Origin: an uncultured Methanosarcinales archaeon
Lineage (GTDB): Archaea; Nanobdellota; Nanobdellia; Woesearchaeales; JANQNQ01
Direction: 5' to 3'
Length of the DNA: 64,000 nt
NCBI GenBank assembly: GCA_964550525.1
Contig: CAZJZJ010000001.1
Coordinates: 36,860 to 100,859 of the forward strand
The translations under genes were made by a program, and so were the position numbers. Below are positions 9,686 to 19,929 of the stretch, piece after piece; positions within the stretch are counted from its first letter, which is position 1; each line of letters begins with the position of its first letter. Under the pieces are notes generated by a model. It was not told the origin of the DNA. It searched no databases and was given only the letters and a program-made list of their open reading frames with translations.

Positions 9686-10642
9686 CTATTTTTTACTTAG
9701 AAGAACAAAGTTAGCTAGTAAGGACTCTAATTGTACAAACTCATCACTACCTTCAACCATTCTAAACTCAATTTCACCACATTTATCTACCATTTCAACC
9801 TTTTTAGTGTTATCTATGTCTAGCCCCCATACTTGTTTTTGTATTTGTTTTACAACATCCAACCCAGAAAGACCATAATTTTGCATGACATTCAAGAGTT
9901 TATTGCGTGCGTCAATAAATTTATTCTGAACAGCTAAATCGAGGATTGCCTTGATTTCCTTTGGTTGTGCCACAGAAGCCATTGAGTAGATAAGCTCTTC
10001 TGTAATGTTCTTGCTTATTGCTGCACAACTTTGAAGAACATTCTCAGCTTTCCTGCAATCTCCGCCACTGATTTCATATAATGCCTCCTTTACCTTATTG
10101 TCTACCTTAAGTTTTTCTTTTGTAATAATGTTATCTATTACAGAAACCAAGTCCTCTTTGCCTAAAGGCTTAAACTTAAACACTGCGCATCTTGATTGGA
10201 TTGGGTCTATAATTTTTGAAGAGAAATTGCAACTTAAGATAAACCTACATGTTTGAGTAAAGTTCTCCATTGTTCTTCTTAAAGCTTGTTGGGCTTCTTT
10301 TGTAAGCGCATCACATTCATCAAGATAGATTATTTTGAAAGGCACATCCCCTATTGCTTTGGTTCTTGCAAAATCCTTAACCTTATTCCTGATTATATCA
10401 ATACCTCGTTCATCTGATGCGTTTAGTTCTAAAAAATTGTTTCTCCAACCAGAATCAAATATGCTCTTTGCTATTACAAGGGCTAAAGTAGTCTTACCAA
10501 CACCAGCAGGACCAGAAAACATCAAATGAGGCATGTTCTTTTGTTCAACAAAGGCCTTGACTTTACTTACAACATCGTTCTGGCCTTTAATATCTGCAAA
10601 CATCTGTGGCCTATACTTTTCTGTCCATATAAGTTCACTCAT
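9686..10642 (-). CDS. rfcS: Replication factor C small subunit (clamp loader AAA+ ATPase)
   Basis: It carries the Walker A motif GPAGVGKTT, a DEAD-type box in YLDECDALT, SRC in IQSRCAVFKF, and the N-terminal WTEKYRP motif. Its length, 318 aa, is typical for an intein-free RfcS. Confidence 0.9.
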   Translation of the reverse strand: MSELIWTEKYRPQMFADIKGQNDVVSKVKAFVEQKNMPHLMFSGPAGVGKTTLALVIAKSIFDSGWRNNFLELNASDERGIDIIRNKVKDFARTKAIGDVPFKIIYLDECDALTKEAQQALRRTMENFTQTCRFILSCNFSSKIIDPIQSRCAVFKFKPLGKEDLVSVIDNIITKEKLKVDNKVKEALYEISGGDCRKAENVLQSCAAISKNITEELIYSMASVAQPKEIKAILDLAVQNKFIDARNKLLNVMQNYGLSGLDVVKQIQKQVWGLDIDNTKKVEMVDKCGEIEFRMVEGSDEFVQLESLLANFVLLSKK

Positions 10643-10718
10643 ATAATCGCCCCACGTACAAGAAAAGACTATTCTATTTATATTTTGTGATTACAGATCA
10701 ATAAAAAGAAAAAGAAAT

Positions 10719-10982
10719 CTAGATAATGTCTTCTTCAGCAATGACCATGAAATCTCCAATAGCCAGTACTGCGCTAAAAGGGATAAGTATATTACTCGCT
10801 TTATCCTTCTCCAGTTCCAATTTCTCAGTGTATGATGTTGGACTTGTAAGTACAATGTGGATTAATTCTCCAGAACGTGTTTCAAAGATAATATCCCCTA
10901 CTTCACCAAACCTTTTGCCGGTTTTACTAACTACTGTTTTACCAATAAGTTGCCTAGAAAATTTTTTTTCATCGTCTGCCAT
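10719..10982 (-). CDS. PRC-barrel domain protein
   Basis: This 87-aa protein shows the pattern LIGKTVVSKTGKRFGEVGDIIFETRSGELIHIVL, typical of archaeal PRC-barrel proteins. Confidence 0.55.
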   Translation of the reverse strand: MADDEKKFSRQLIGKTVVSKTGKRFGEVGDIIFETRSGELIHIVLTSPTSYTEKLELEKDKASNILIPFSAVLAIGDFMVIAEEDII

Positions 10983-11178
10983 TTACAATCCCCTCTCCTT
11001 TGATTATGATTCAAACTATGTTCAATGATTAGTGTAAGTAATATTTAAATGTTTCTATTTTCCGATAAAATGAACCTACGCAAGAGTGGATGCAAATTTT
11101 TTCGTTTTTATGACTGTGGTCAAGTGACGCTTTTTTTAAAGAAACATTTTTATACCAAAACCATATTTTTTAGGATAG

Positions 11179-12267
11179 GTGGTTAGTTTGGACATTGAAA
11201 CAAAAATCGATCTTATAAAACAAGTTGGTGAAGAGATTATCACTGAAAAAGATCTAAGAACGCTTCTTGAGACTAAAGCTCACCCAGTTGCTTACGATGG
11301 ATTTGAACCTTCTGGTTATACTGTACATATTGCACAAGGCTTGCTTAGAGCAATAAATGTTAATAAGATGATTAAGGTTGGTATTAAGTTTTACATGCTT
11401 GCTAGTGAATGGACAGCATGGGCTAACAACAAGTTGGGCGGCGATTTTGAAAAGATTAGAAAAGCCGGGGATTTTCTTATTGAAGTCTGGAAAGTTTCTG
11501 GGATGCAAGTTGATAAAGTTAATTTCATAAGAAGCACTGAAATAGTAAAAAAGGATACATATTGGAAAACTGTAATGAGAATAGCAAAGAGTGCAACAGT
11601 AAAAAGGATGATAAGATGTGCGCAAATAATGGGTAGATCTGAAAGTGAATCTCTACAAGCTTCACAAATAATTTATCCTTGTATACAGGCTGCTGATCTT
11701 TTTGAGTTAAAAGCAGATATGTCACAGCTAGGAATGGATCAAAGGAAGGTATACATGTTATGTAGAGAAATTGGCCCAAAATTGGGGTTTTGGAAACCAG
11801 TGATAGTAAGCCACCACATGCTAATGGGATTAGGAAAACCAGTATCGAAAGAGAAGGATGCTGTTGAACGAGCCATTGACCTTAAGATGAGTAAATCCAA
11901 ACCAGACACTGCAATATTCATGATAGATGCTGAACAAGACATAAAAAGAAAAATCAATAAGGCCTATTGTCCAGAGAAAATAATCCAAGACAACCCAATC
12001 CTTGAATACTGTAGATACATCATATTTGAGAAGTTTAAAAAATTTAAGATTGAACGCCCTGCCAAATGGGGTGGTGATCTTGAGTTTGCTTGTTACGCTG
12101 AATTAGAGAAAACGTTTGCTAAAGGTAATCTTCATCCTGCAGATTTGAAACAAGCTGTAAGCGGATATATTAATGAATTGATTAAGCCAGTAAGAACCCA
12201 TTTTGAAAAGAACAAAAAAGCAAAAGCCTTGTTAAAAGAGGTACAAAGTTATAAAATAACTAGATAA
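11179..12267 (+). CDS. tyrS: Tyrosyl-tRNA synthetase (class I, archaeal type), GTG start
   Basis: It has a KMSKS motif (LKMSKSKP) and an archaeal TyrRS-like C-terminus (KAYCP...RPAKWGGDLEF...LHPADLKQAV). The GFEPSG block upstream of the HIGH-region equivalent is present, but the motif itself is degenerate (HIAQ). Confidence 0.8.
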   Translation: MVSLDIETKIDLIKQVGEEIITEKDLRTLLETKAHPVAYDGFEPSGYTVHIAQGLLRAINVNKMIKVGIKFYMLASEWTAWANNKLGGDFEKIRKAGDFLIEVWKVSGMQVDKVNFIRSTEIVKKDTYWKTVMRIAKSATVKRMIRCAQIMGRSESESLQASQIIYPCIQAADLFELKADMSQLGMDQRKVYMLCREIGPKLGFWKPVIVSHHMLMGLGKPVSKEKDAVERAIDLKMSKSKPDTAIFMIDAEQDIKRKINKAYCPEKIIQDNPILEYCRYIIFEKFKKFKIERPAKWGGDLEFACYAELEKTFAKGNLHPADLKQAVSGYINELIKPVRTHFEKNKKAKALLKEVQSYKITR

Positions 12268-12275
12268 CTTCTAAA

Positions 12276-13634
12276 ATGTACAGTAAAATAGCAAAGTTGG
12301 CCGATAAAGATAAGAATATTAAATATTGGGATTATAGAGAGGGCACTGTTAACAGCACAAATGTTTCTGCATGGAACAATCAAGTAAAAGAGATTAGTTC
12401 AACAAAGAACAGAGGTTATTCTTTTCGTGTTTTGTATAAGGGCGGTTGGGGTTTTTCTTATTCTGATATTCCAGATATAAAAAGACTAGTTAAAAACTCT
12501 GTTAATGCTGCAAAAAAAACAAGCCAATATATTAAAAAAACTAAGAGTGTTGCATCTTGGGAAAAGACAGTAAAAAATAAAAAAAGCGTGTTCAAGATTA
12601 ACCCGTTAGATGTATCTCTCAAAGAAAAAAAAGATTTAGTTGTAAAAGCCTCTAAAATAACACACAAAAGAGTTAAGAATAAGCAGATAAATTATGTGGA
12701 TATTACAAAAGATTCTGTTTTTATAAATTGTGAAGAGAGTCATATCAAACAAAGATTAACTTATTGTTATTGTAGTGCAAATGTAACCGCCAGTGGGAAA
12801 ACACTTGAGAAATCAAGAAAGTCTATTGGCGGCCTTAAGGGGTTTGAGGTTGTGTCAGGATTGAATTCTACAGTTAAGTATGCTAAAGAAAGAGCTATTG
12901 AGTTATCCAATGCCGAGGTACCAAAAGGAGGCATGTTTCCTGTAGTCTGCGATGGTGTGCTTACTGATGTTTTCATTCATGAAGCATTGGGGCATGCTGC
13001 AGAAGCCGACATAGTGATATATGATAATAGTTGCTTAAAAGAGTTAGTAGGCAAAAGAATAGCACCAGAGCATGTAAGTGTGATTGATGATGCTACAATA
13101 AAAAAAGAATGGGGTAGTTTTTTCTATGACGATGAAGGTATACCTGCGCAGAAAACTGCAATTATAAAACAAGGTGTACTAAACTCATTTTTACATACGA
13201 GAGAAACAGCTAGTATACTGAGCACAAAACCTACAGGTAACAGCAGAGCACAAAACACTGCTTCTTTCCCACAAGCAAGAATGAGCAACACTTACTTAGA
13301 AAAAGGCAAGTACAAGTTTGAAGAACTTATTGAAAGCATTAAAAAGGGATTTTTTCTAAAAGGCAGCATAGGTGGCCAGGTTGATCCTACTAAAGGAAAT
13401 TTTCATTTCTCTGCTGCAGAAGGTTACATTATAAAAAACGGTCAACTTAATAAGCCAGTAAGAGGTGTTTCTTTAGCAGGCAACAGTTTAAAGACCCTAC
13501 ATGACATAAAAATGATCAGTAACAAGTACGAATACGGTTTTCCGGGCCATTGTGGTAAAGGCGGTCAGTTCGTGCCTGTAATGGGAAATTGCCCATCAAT
13601 AAAGATCAGTAAAGCTAGGGTTGGAGGAAAATAA
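12276..13634 (+). CDS. tldD: TldD family metallopeptidase
   Basis: It has the HExxxGH motif (HEALGHAAE) and the conserved TldD block GNSRAQNTASFPQARMSNTYLE. It forms a pair with the downstream PmbA-like gene through an ATAATG overlap. Confidence 0.85.
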   Translation: MYSKIAKLADKDKNIKYWDYREGTVNSTNVSAWNNQVKEISSTKNRGYSFRVLYKGGWGFSYSDIPDIKRLVKNSVNAAKKTSQYIKKTKSVASWEKTVKNKKSVFKINPLDVSLKEKKDLVVKASKITHKRVKNKQINYVDITKDSVFINCEESHIKQRLTYCYCSANVTASGKTLEKSRKSIGGLKGFEVVSGLNSTVKYAKERAIELSNAEVPKGGMFPVVCDGVLTDVFIHEALGHAAEADIVIYDNSCLKELVGKRIAPEHVSVIDDATIKKEWGSFFYDDEGIPAQKTAIIKQGVLNSFLHTRETASILSTKPTGNSRAQNTASFPQARMSNTYLEKGKYKFEELIESIKKGFFLKGSIGGQVDPTKGNFHFSAAEGYIIKNGQLNKPVRGVSLAGNSLKTLHDIKMISNKYEYGFPGHCGKGGQFVPVMGNCPSIKISKARVGGK

Positions 13635-14896
13635 TGTCATATGGAGATGCTTGTAATAAGATACTGAAATTTGCAGACAAACAATGCGATTACGTACAAG
13701 TAAATCTATCTCAAACAAACCAAAAGAGTGTAGATTCCAAAAAAGAAGAGTTACATTGCCTTGACAATACTGTTACTGCTTCTGTTAGTGTAGATGTGTG
13801 GATTAAAGGAAAGAAAGGGTCATCAAGTTCAAATATTGTAGATCTAGAAGTAGCTAAACAAGCCATTAAAATCGCTAAAACCAATAAGAAAGAGGAATAT
13901 TTTTATGGTATACCAGAAAAGTCCAAGTATCCTAAGCTAAATGTTTATGATAAAAAAGTGGCTGGATTAAAAGATGTGGATATCCTAGATGTTTCAAAGC
14001 AGATTATAGAGGAGATTAAGAGTAACAAGACTATTGCTTCTCAAGCAGGTGTAAATTGTTCTGTTGATAGAGAGTTACTACTAAATTCCAACGGAATTGT
14101 TGCTAAAGAGAAAACAACGAATTATTCAATGTATGCTGTTGCAATCACAAAAAAAGGGAAGGTATCTACATACTGGGACTCTAAAGAAAACCCGTTTTAT
14201 TTTGAATTAGGTAGTTTTGCGAAAAACATAAAACAAAAGACTATTGAATTTGCAAACGCCAAAAAGATCAAGCAAAAACCTGGCGTTGTTGTGTTTAATA
14301 TTAAACCACTAGCCGAAATCCTAAAATTTGCATTGTTAAGCAATTTTAATGGGAAGATTGTAGAAAAAGGCAGGTCTGTGTTTACAGGAAGTCTTAATAA
14401 GAAGATATTTTCAGATGACATATCTGTAATCGACAATGGAATTATGGAAAAAGGTATAAATTCGTACAGGTTTGACGATGAAGGTTCACCTGCTCAGAAA
14501 ACTGTTTTAGTAGATAAAGGCGTATTAAAGAATTTTTTATATGACTTCAATACAGGCAAACATAACAATGCAAGATCTACAGGGAATGCAGCTGGCAAAG
14601 GTATCGTATGTTCGAATATAGTGATTAAAGGTAAACAAAATAAGATAAAGAACGCTTTGATTGTTGAAGCGATTATAGGTGCGCACACATCTAACCCAGT
14701 AACAACTGCGTTTTCTGTTAAGATAGAGCAAGGATACTTATTACAAAATGGCAAGAAAGTGCCTGTGAAGGACGCAATGTTGTTTGGTAAGGTCACTGAA
14801 ATGCTGAAACAGGTTGTATCCATAGAAAAGAAAAAACAAGAGCATTCTGGGATATATTCAGGTAGTCTAGCGTGTAAAGGTGTAAAGATCATATGA
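13634..14896 (+). CDS. pmbA: PmbA/TldE family protein (TldD partner)
   Basis: It shows TldD/PmbA-fold similarity (GSPAQKTVLVDKGVLKNFLYD, NAAGKG) without an HExxxGH motif, and it is translationally coupled to tldD. Confidence 0.75.
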   Translation: MSYGDACNKILKFADKQCDYVQVNLSQTNQKSVDSKKEELHCLDNTVTASVSVDVWIKGKKGSSSSNIVDLEVAKQAIKIAKTNKKEEYFYGIPEKSKYPKLNVYDKKVAGLKDVDILDVSKQIIEEIKSNKTIASQAGVNCSVDRELLLNSNGIVAKEKTTNYSMYAVAITKKGKVSTYWDSKENPFYFELGSFAKNIKQKTIEFANAKKIKQKPGVVVFNIKPLAEILKFALLSNFNGKIVEKGRSVFTGSLNKKIFSDDISVIDNGIMEKGINSYRFDDEGSPAQKTVLVDKGVLKNFLYDFNTGKHNNARSTGNAAGKGIVCSNIVIKGKQNKIKNALIVEAIIGAHTSNPVTTAFSVKIEQGYLLQNGKKVPVKDAMLFGKVTEMLKQVVSIEKKKQEHSGIYSGSLACKGVKII

Positions 14897-15963
14897 ACCT
14901 GAATAAAATAATGAAAAAGGAGAAACTCGATGTTGTTGTATTATTAAATCTTAATTCTAGTGAAACTAATAGCAATGTGTTTTATTTTACTGAGTACCAA
15001 GGTGTTGGTTGTTTGATCATTACCAAAACAGCAAAAAAAGTGTTGGTTGTACCTGAGATGGAATATGAACGCGCAAAAAAGACTTTTAATGGTAAGATTA
15101 TTAACTGGAATAAGGGTAGGTTTTATCCGTTTCTGGGTAGGGTTATAACAAGAATGCAAATCAAAATAAAAAAAGCAGGGCTTGACATGGGTAGTTTAAA
15201 CAAAAGACAAAGTTCTGCTCTTAAAAGGAATCTTAAGATAAATAAAACAAAAGACATCTCAAAACAACTTAGACAAATTAGATCAATCAAATCAGAAAAA
15301 GAGATTCAAAATATAAAAAAAGCATGCCGCTTGTGTGATAAAATTTTCAAAAAGATAATTAGTAATTTCAAATTCAAAACAGAAGCAGAGATTATGGGAT
15401 TTATAATGTCGGAGATGTATAAAAACGGCTATGAACATGCATTTAAGCCAGTAGTAGCATCAGGAAACAATGCTAGTCAACCACACCATGATGCAGACAA
15501 CAGAAAATTGAAAAAAGGGTTTTGTATAATCGATTTTGGAGCAAGATATAGGGGGTATTGTTCAGATGTGACAAGAACAATATACTTAGATAAACCAAGT
15601 AAGAAAGAAATTGAGTTATATAACCGACTTCTCAAAATTCAAAAAAATACAGTAAAACACATTAAACTAGGGATGAAATGTCACCAGATCAACGCTTTTT
15701 GTAGAAAAGAGATGGGTAAACTGAGTGAAAACTTTATTCATGGCCTAGGTCACGGTATTGGATTAGATATTCATGAGCTTCCTAATCTAAAAAAAAGAAG
15801 TAAAGATATTATAAAAAACAACATGGTATTTACTATAGAACCAGGGATTTATTTTGAAAACAAGATAGGCATAAGAATAGAAGATACTGTCTTATTTAAC
15901 AAAAAACCAATTATATTGACAAAAAGCCAGAAAAGCCTAGTTATTATAAGAAGATTTAAATAA
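14893..15963 (+). CDS. M24 family metallopeptidase (Xaa-Pro aminopeptidase/prolidase-like)
   Basis: The pita-bread fold metal ligands are present: DFGARYRGYCSDVTRT, HGLGHGIGLDIHELP and VFTIEPGIYF...IRIED. Confidence 0.85.
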   Translation: MNLNKIMKKEKLDVVVLLNLNSSETNSNVFYFTEYQGVGCLIITKTAKKVLVVPEMEYERAKKTFNGKIINWNKGRFYPFLGRVITRMQIKIKKAGLDMGSLNKRQSSALKRNLKINKTKDISKQLRQIRSIKSEKEIQNIKKACRLCDKIFKKIISNFKFKTEAEIMGFIMSEMYKNGYEHAFKPVVASGNNASQPHHDADNRKLKKGFCIIDFGARYRGYCSDVTRTIYLDKPSKKEIELYNRLLKIQKNTVKHIKLGMKCHQINAFCRKEMGKLSENFIHGLGHGIGLDIHELPNLKKRSKDIIKNNMVFTIEPGIYFENKIGIRIEDTVLFNKKPIILTKSQKSLVIIRRFK

Positions 15964-15976
15964 CCTAACCTTATAG

Positions 15977-17749
15977 GTGATTTGTATGAAATATGACGAA
16001 GAAAGATTTATTCTAGCAGTAAACCAGTATCAAAAAAAGCTTGAGAAGATTAAAGGGAATAGTGTACTGATTATTGTGAACATTAACAACAAAAATGCTT
16101 TTTTCTCCTTAGCACCGTTAACAAGAGCAATCCACAATGTGGGAAAAGATGTACATATAATGTGTAAAGACATTAATCTTGAGGTACTAAATGATATATG
16201 GGCAGTACAGTGCGATATTAAGAAGAAGATTGAAAGCGATAAATGCCATACTATGAAAGATTTTATAAAAAGTGTTGACGATAGGACAGAAAAAAAGTTT
16301 AGTAAACTCTTTATAATACCAGAAGTTGTTATTGAGGCTAAACGCAAGGGGTTTGAAGGAAGCCTATCTTTAGATTATATGCCTAGCTGGTTTAAGAAAT
16401 ATAGATGGAACGAGTTACTACAGACCTGTAATAATATACTTAAGAATTGTTATGCTATTAAGAAAAAAGAAGTACTTAATCTTGTTTTCGAGACTATACC
16501 AAAAGAAGAAAACCTAGATATGCCTCTAGATGACTACTTTGATAACTATGCTATTGCATGGGCTATGCTTACTGCTGCTAAAAAGAAGTGTAGAGTAAAG
16601 TTAAGTGCGTCTTCTCCAAGATGGTCTTTACTTGATCCTGTTGAAAGGGTTGCAGACCTAAAATCTACTTTAATTGGTTGTGAGATGACTAAAAATGTTA
16701 AAGAAGATATTTTTATTAAATATAAAGATTTTTCAGATGCACTTGGTTTAGATAGATTAGAAATAAGTGATGCTGTTTTTGCTATACGTGGTAAGGGTTA
16801 TGCAGGTAAACACATGTTTGGCAATGCAATAGGATATCCTTCTCCAAATAAAAAAACAAGGTGGTCTTCAGCTGGTTCAATGTTATATAAATTTGATTGG
16901 TATCCACAAACAAAACTAGATGATAGAGAACCACAGACAAGGTTAGGGTTTACTTCCACATTACCAATAAATGTATTTATCAAGTCATGCAACATAAATT
17001 ATGCTACTATGCGTAAAAGAAATAAAAAGATTCAAGAGATATTAGATAAATGTAAATCTGTTAGGGTTGTTGGTGAAGAGGTCTCTGGTTACAAAAGTGA
17101 TTTTGATGTTTCTCTGGTAAGGAGAAATGGTAAGCACCGCATAGTTAAGCGTTCTGATTCAGATGTAAGATATAAAACACACCCTTATTTTTTGAAGAAA
17201 TACAAGACTAAAGCAGGGATGATGGCTAATATCCCTGGGGGAGAAGCCTTTGTAACCCCTGAAAAGGTTGTTGGTAGGATAATTGGAGATGTGGTTATAA
17301 GCGTTGATAGGAGTTATAGGATAGATGAGAAAAAGCCACTAATAGTTGATGCAGATAAGAAAGGGTATAAGATTCTTAAAGGCCAAAAAAAGATTATAGC
17401 AGCATTAAAAAAGAAAAAAGAAGAATGTTGGGAACGTATACTTGAATATCAAAAAAACAAGAGTATGCCACAAAAGATTATAAACACCTCTATTAAAAAC
17501 TTTGAGAATATAGGTGAATTTTCAATAAACACCAATCCAAAAGCAAAACTTTGTGATTATCTGATTGTAAATGAGAAAATTGCAGGCATGTTACATGTTG
17601 CACTTGGTTCAGGATATGAACCAGATAAAAACACAGAGTACCATGTAGATATTGTGATTAACTCTCCAAGACAAAAATTGGATGTATATGGAATTACATC
17701 TAATGGCAAAAAGAAATGGATTATAAAAAAAGGTGGCTTTGTAGTATGA
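15977..17749 (+). CDS. M29 (aminopeptidase T/PepS)-like protein with a long N-terminal extension
   Basis: The C-terminal region GEFSINTNPKAKLCDYLIVNEKIAGMLHVALGSGYEP...HVDIVI is paralogous to the next ORF and matches the M29 family pattern. The N-terminal ~250 aa has no recognisable motif. Confidence 0.5.
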   Translation: MICMKYDEERFILAVNQYQKKLEKIKGNSVLIIVNINNKNAFFSLAPLTRAIHNVGKDVHIMCKDINLEVLNDIWAVQCDIKKKIESDKCHTMKDFIKSVDDRTEKKFSKLFIIPEVVIEAKRKGFEGSLSLDYMPSWFKKYRWNELLQTCNNILKNCYAIKKKEVLNLVFETIPKEENLDMPLDDYFDNYAIAWAMLTAAKKKCRVKLSASSPRWSLLDPVERVADLKSTLIGCEMTKNVKEDIFIKYKDFSDALGLDRLEISDAVFAIRGKGYAGKHMFGNAIGYPSPNKKTRWSSAGSMLYKFDWYPQTKLDDREPQTRLGFTSTLPINVFIKSCNINYATMRKRNKKIQEILDKCKSVRVVGEEVSGYKSDFDVSLVRRNGKHRIVKRSDSDVRYKTHPYFLKKYKTKAGMMANIPGGEAFVTPEKVVGRIIGDVVISVDRSYRIDEKKPLIVDADKKGYKILKGQKKIIAALKKKKEECWERILEYQKNKSMPQKIINTSIKNFENIGEFSINTNPKAKLCDYLIVNEKIAGMLHVALGSGYEPDKNTEYHVDIVINSPRQKLDVYGITSNGKKKWIIKKGGFVV

Positions 17750-18699
17750 GTTTAGAAACCTCTTCTGAGATTATAATTAACATCTGTATGCATGTAAAGA
17801 AAGGAGAGAAAGTTCTTGTTTTATATGATAAAAATAAAAAAAAGATAGCTAAACACATTGCAGAAGCAGCAAAAAAAGTTACAGAGAATACAAAGTTGTT
17901 TGAGATGCCCACAATGCAACGTAATGGTCAAGAACCTCCTACTAAGGTAGCTAAAAAAATGCTAGGGTTCGATGTAGTGATCATGACTACAACAAAATCA
18001 TTATCTCACACCAATGCAAGAAAGAATGCAAGTAAAAAAGGCACAAGAATTGCTTCTATGCCAGGAATCACAGAAGAAATAATGGAAAGAACTATGTTAG
18101 CTGATTATGAAAAAATTAAGAAATTAACCAATAGGCTAGCAGACCGTATTGATAAGGCAAGTAAAGTTAGAGTAATCACAGATAAAGGTACAGATATTTC
18201 AATGGATATTAAAGGTAAGAAATGTCATGGAAGAAGCGGAGGTATCTTTATTAAAAAGGGTGAATGGGGGAACCTACCTGAAGGAGAAGCATGTCTTGCT
18301 CCAAATGAAGGGACAACTAATGGTGTTTTCGTTGTAGATGCTTCTATCTTAAATTCTAAAGTAAAGAAGCCATTAAAGGTTATTGTAAAAGGTGGTTATG
18401 CTGTTTCTTTTGAAGGAGAGCAAAGTGATATTAAGAGATTAAAAGGAATCTTAGAGCCATTAGGTAGGGATGCATTTAATATCGCAGAATTGGGTGTAGG
18501 GACCAATCCAAAAGCAAAGATCACTGGGAACGTGCTTGAAGATGAAAAGGTGTTTGGTACAGCACATATAGCGCTTGGAAATAATACTGCTTTTGAAGGA
18601 AAAGTGGATGTTCCAGTACATGTTGATGGTGTTTTTACTAAACCCACTATTTTTCTTGATAAAAAGAAGATTATAGAGAAAGGAGTATTTCTTTTCTAG
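17746..18699 (+). CDS. M29 family aminopeptidase (AmpS/PepS-like)
   Basis: It carries the block ELGVGTNPKAKITGNVLEDEKVFGTAHIALGNN...HVDGVF. The likely start is the Met at 17746 (MSLETSSEII), which overlaps the upstream stop with ATGA; the track ORF starts at 17716. Confidence 0.65.
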   Translation: MSLETSSEIIINICMHVKKGEKVLVLYDKNKKKIAKHIAEAAKKVTENTKLFEMPTMQRNGQEPPTKVAKKMLGFDVVIMTTTKSLSHTNARKNASKKGTRIASMPGITEEIMERTMLADYEKIKKLTNRLADRIDKASKVRVITDKGTDISMDIKGKKCHGRSGGIFIKKGEWGNLPEGEACLAPNEGTTNGVFVVDASILNSKVKKPLKVIVKGGYAVSFEGEQSDIKRLKGILEPLGRDAFNIAELGVGTNPKAKITGNVLEDEKVFGTAHIALGNNTAFEGKVDVPVHVDGVFTKPTIFLDKKKIIEKGVFLF

Positions 18700-18786
18700 A
18701 GTATAGAATAAGGAATTAGTACTTTTTCAACATACCACATTAGGGAGAGTAATATTTATAAAGAGATTAACGCTTACCAACATAAT

Positions 18787-19929
18787 ATGGCAACTAAAGA
18801 TCAGCTGGATAAGGTAATTTATAGTTATACTGCACAGTCTAATGCGTTAGATGAAGAGAATAAGTTACTTAAACAGACAATAAACCAATTAAGAAGTGAG
18901 TTAGATAAGTTTAGGCAACCACCATTGATGATTTGTGAAGTAAAAGATTTTAAAGAGGATAAAGTTATAATAAGGACACCAAACGGTAACCAGTTTTTAG
19001 TTAACATGGCTTCTAATTGTAAAAAACCCAGTATAGGCCATTCTGTGGTTGTTGAACAAAAGAACCTTACTATTGTTGAAAGCCTTACAAAATCTAAGTC
19101 TTTTGATGTCGAGAAATTTGTGATTATTGATAAGCCTAAGATGGGTTGGGATGTAGTTGGTGGATTAAATGAACAAATAAATGAGATTAGAGAGGTTGTA
19201 GAGTTACCACTTAAAAAACCACATTTGTTTAAGAATGTAGGAATACAACCTCCAAAAGGGATTCTGCTTTACGGTCCACCTGGAACAGGTAAGACCCTAC
19301 TTGCAAAAGCAGTTGCAGCGTCAACAAAATCAACTTTTATTGAGATTGTAGGTTCTGAGCTTGTACAGAAGTTTATAGGTGAAGGTGCAAGACTGGTTAA
19401 AGAGGTTTTTGAACTTGCTAGAGAGAAAGCTCCAGCAATTGTTTTCATAGACGAGATTGATGCGCTTGCTGCTAAAAGGATTGAGATAGGTACTAGTGGT
19501 GAAAGAGAAGTACAAAGAACTTTTATGCAATTGTTAGCAGAGCTAGACGGATTTAAGCCATTAGGTAATGTAAAGATTATTGGAGCTACAAACAGAAAAG
19601 ATATCCTAGATCCAGCTGTAGTAAGACCGGGTAGATTGGATAGACTTATTCATGTACCATACCCTACATTTGAGAGTAAAATAGAGATCCTGAAGATTCA
19701 CACAAGGAAGATGAAACTTGCGAAAAGTGTAGATTTAAATAAGATATCTAAGCTTATGCCAGAGAACTTTTCAGGAGCAGAGATTAAAGCCACATGTACT
19801 GAAGCAGGTTATTTTGCTATAAGACGTAACAAACGTATGGTTCGGGCTGATGATTTCAAACGAGCTATTCAAAAGGTCAAGAGACATGAAGAGCTAGAAG
19901 GTAAGGATTATCTAAATATGTTCGGTTAA
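18787..19929 (+). CDS. pan: Proteasome-activating nucleotidase (PAN; 26S Rpt-like AAA ATPase)
   Basis: It has an N-terminal coiled coil, an OB region, then an AAA+ module with Walker A GPPGTGKTLLAKA, Walker B IVFIDEIDA and the second region of homology GATNRKDILDPAVVRPGRLDR. Confidence 0.9.
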   Translation: MATKDQLDKVIYSYTAQSNALDEENKLLKQTINQLRSELDKFRQPPLMICEVKDFKEDKVIIRTPNGNQFLVNMASNCKKPSIGHSVVVEQKNLTIVESLTKSKSFDVEKFVIIDKPKMGWDVVGGLNEQINEIREVVELPLKKPHLFKNVGIQPPKGILLYGPPGTGKTLLAKAVAASTKSTFIEIVGSELVQKFIGEGARLVKEVFELAREKAPAIVFIDEIDALAAKRIEIGTSGEREVQRTFMQLLAELDGFKPLGNVKIIGATNRKDILDPAVVRPGRLDRLIHVPYPTFESKIEILKIHTRKMKLAKSVDLNKISKLMPENFSGAEIKATCTEAGYFAIRRNKRMVRADDFKRAIQKVKRHEELEGKDYLNMFG

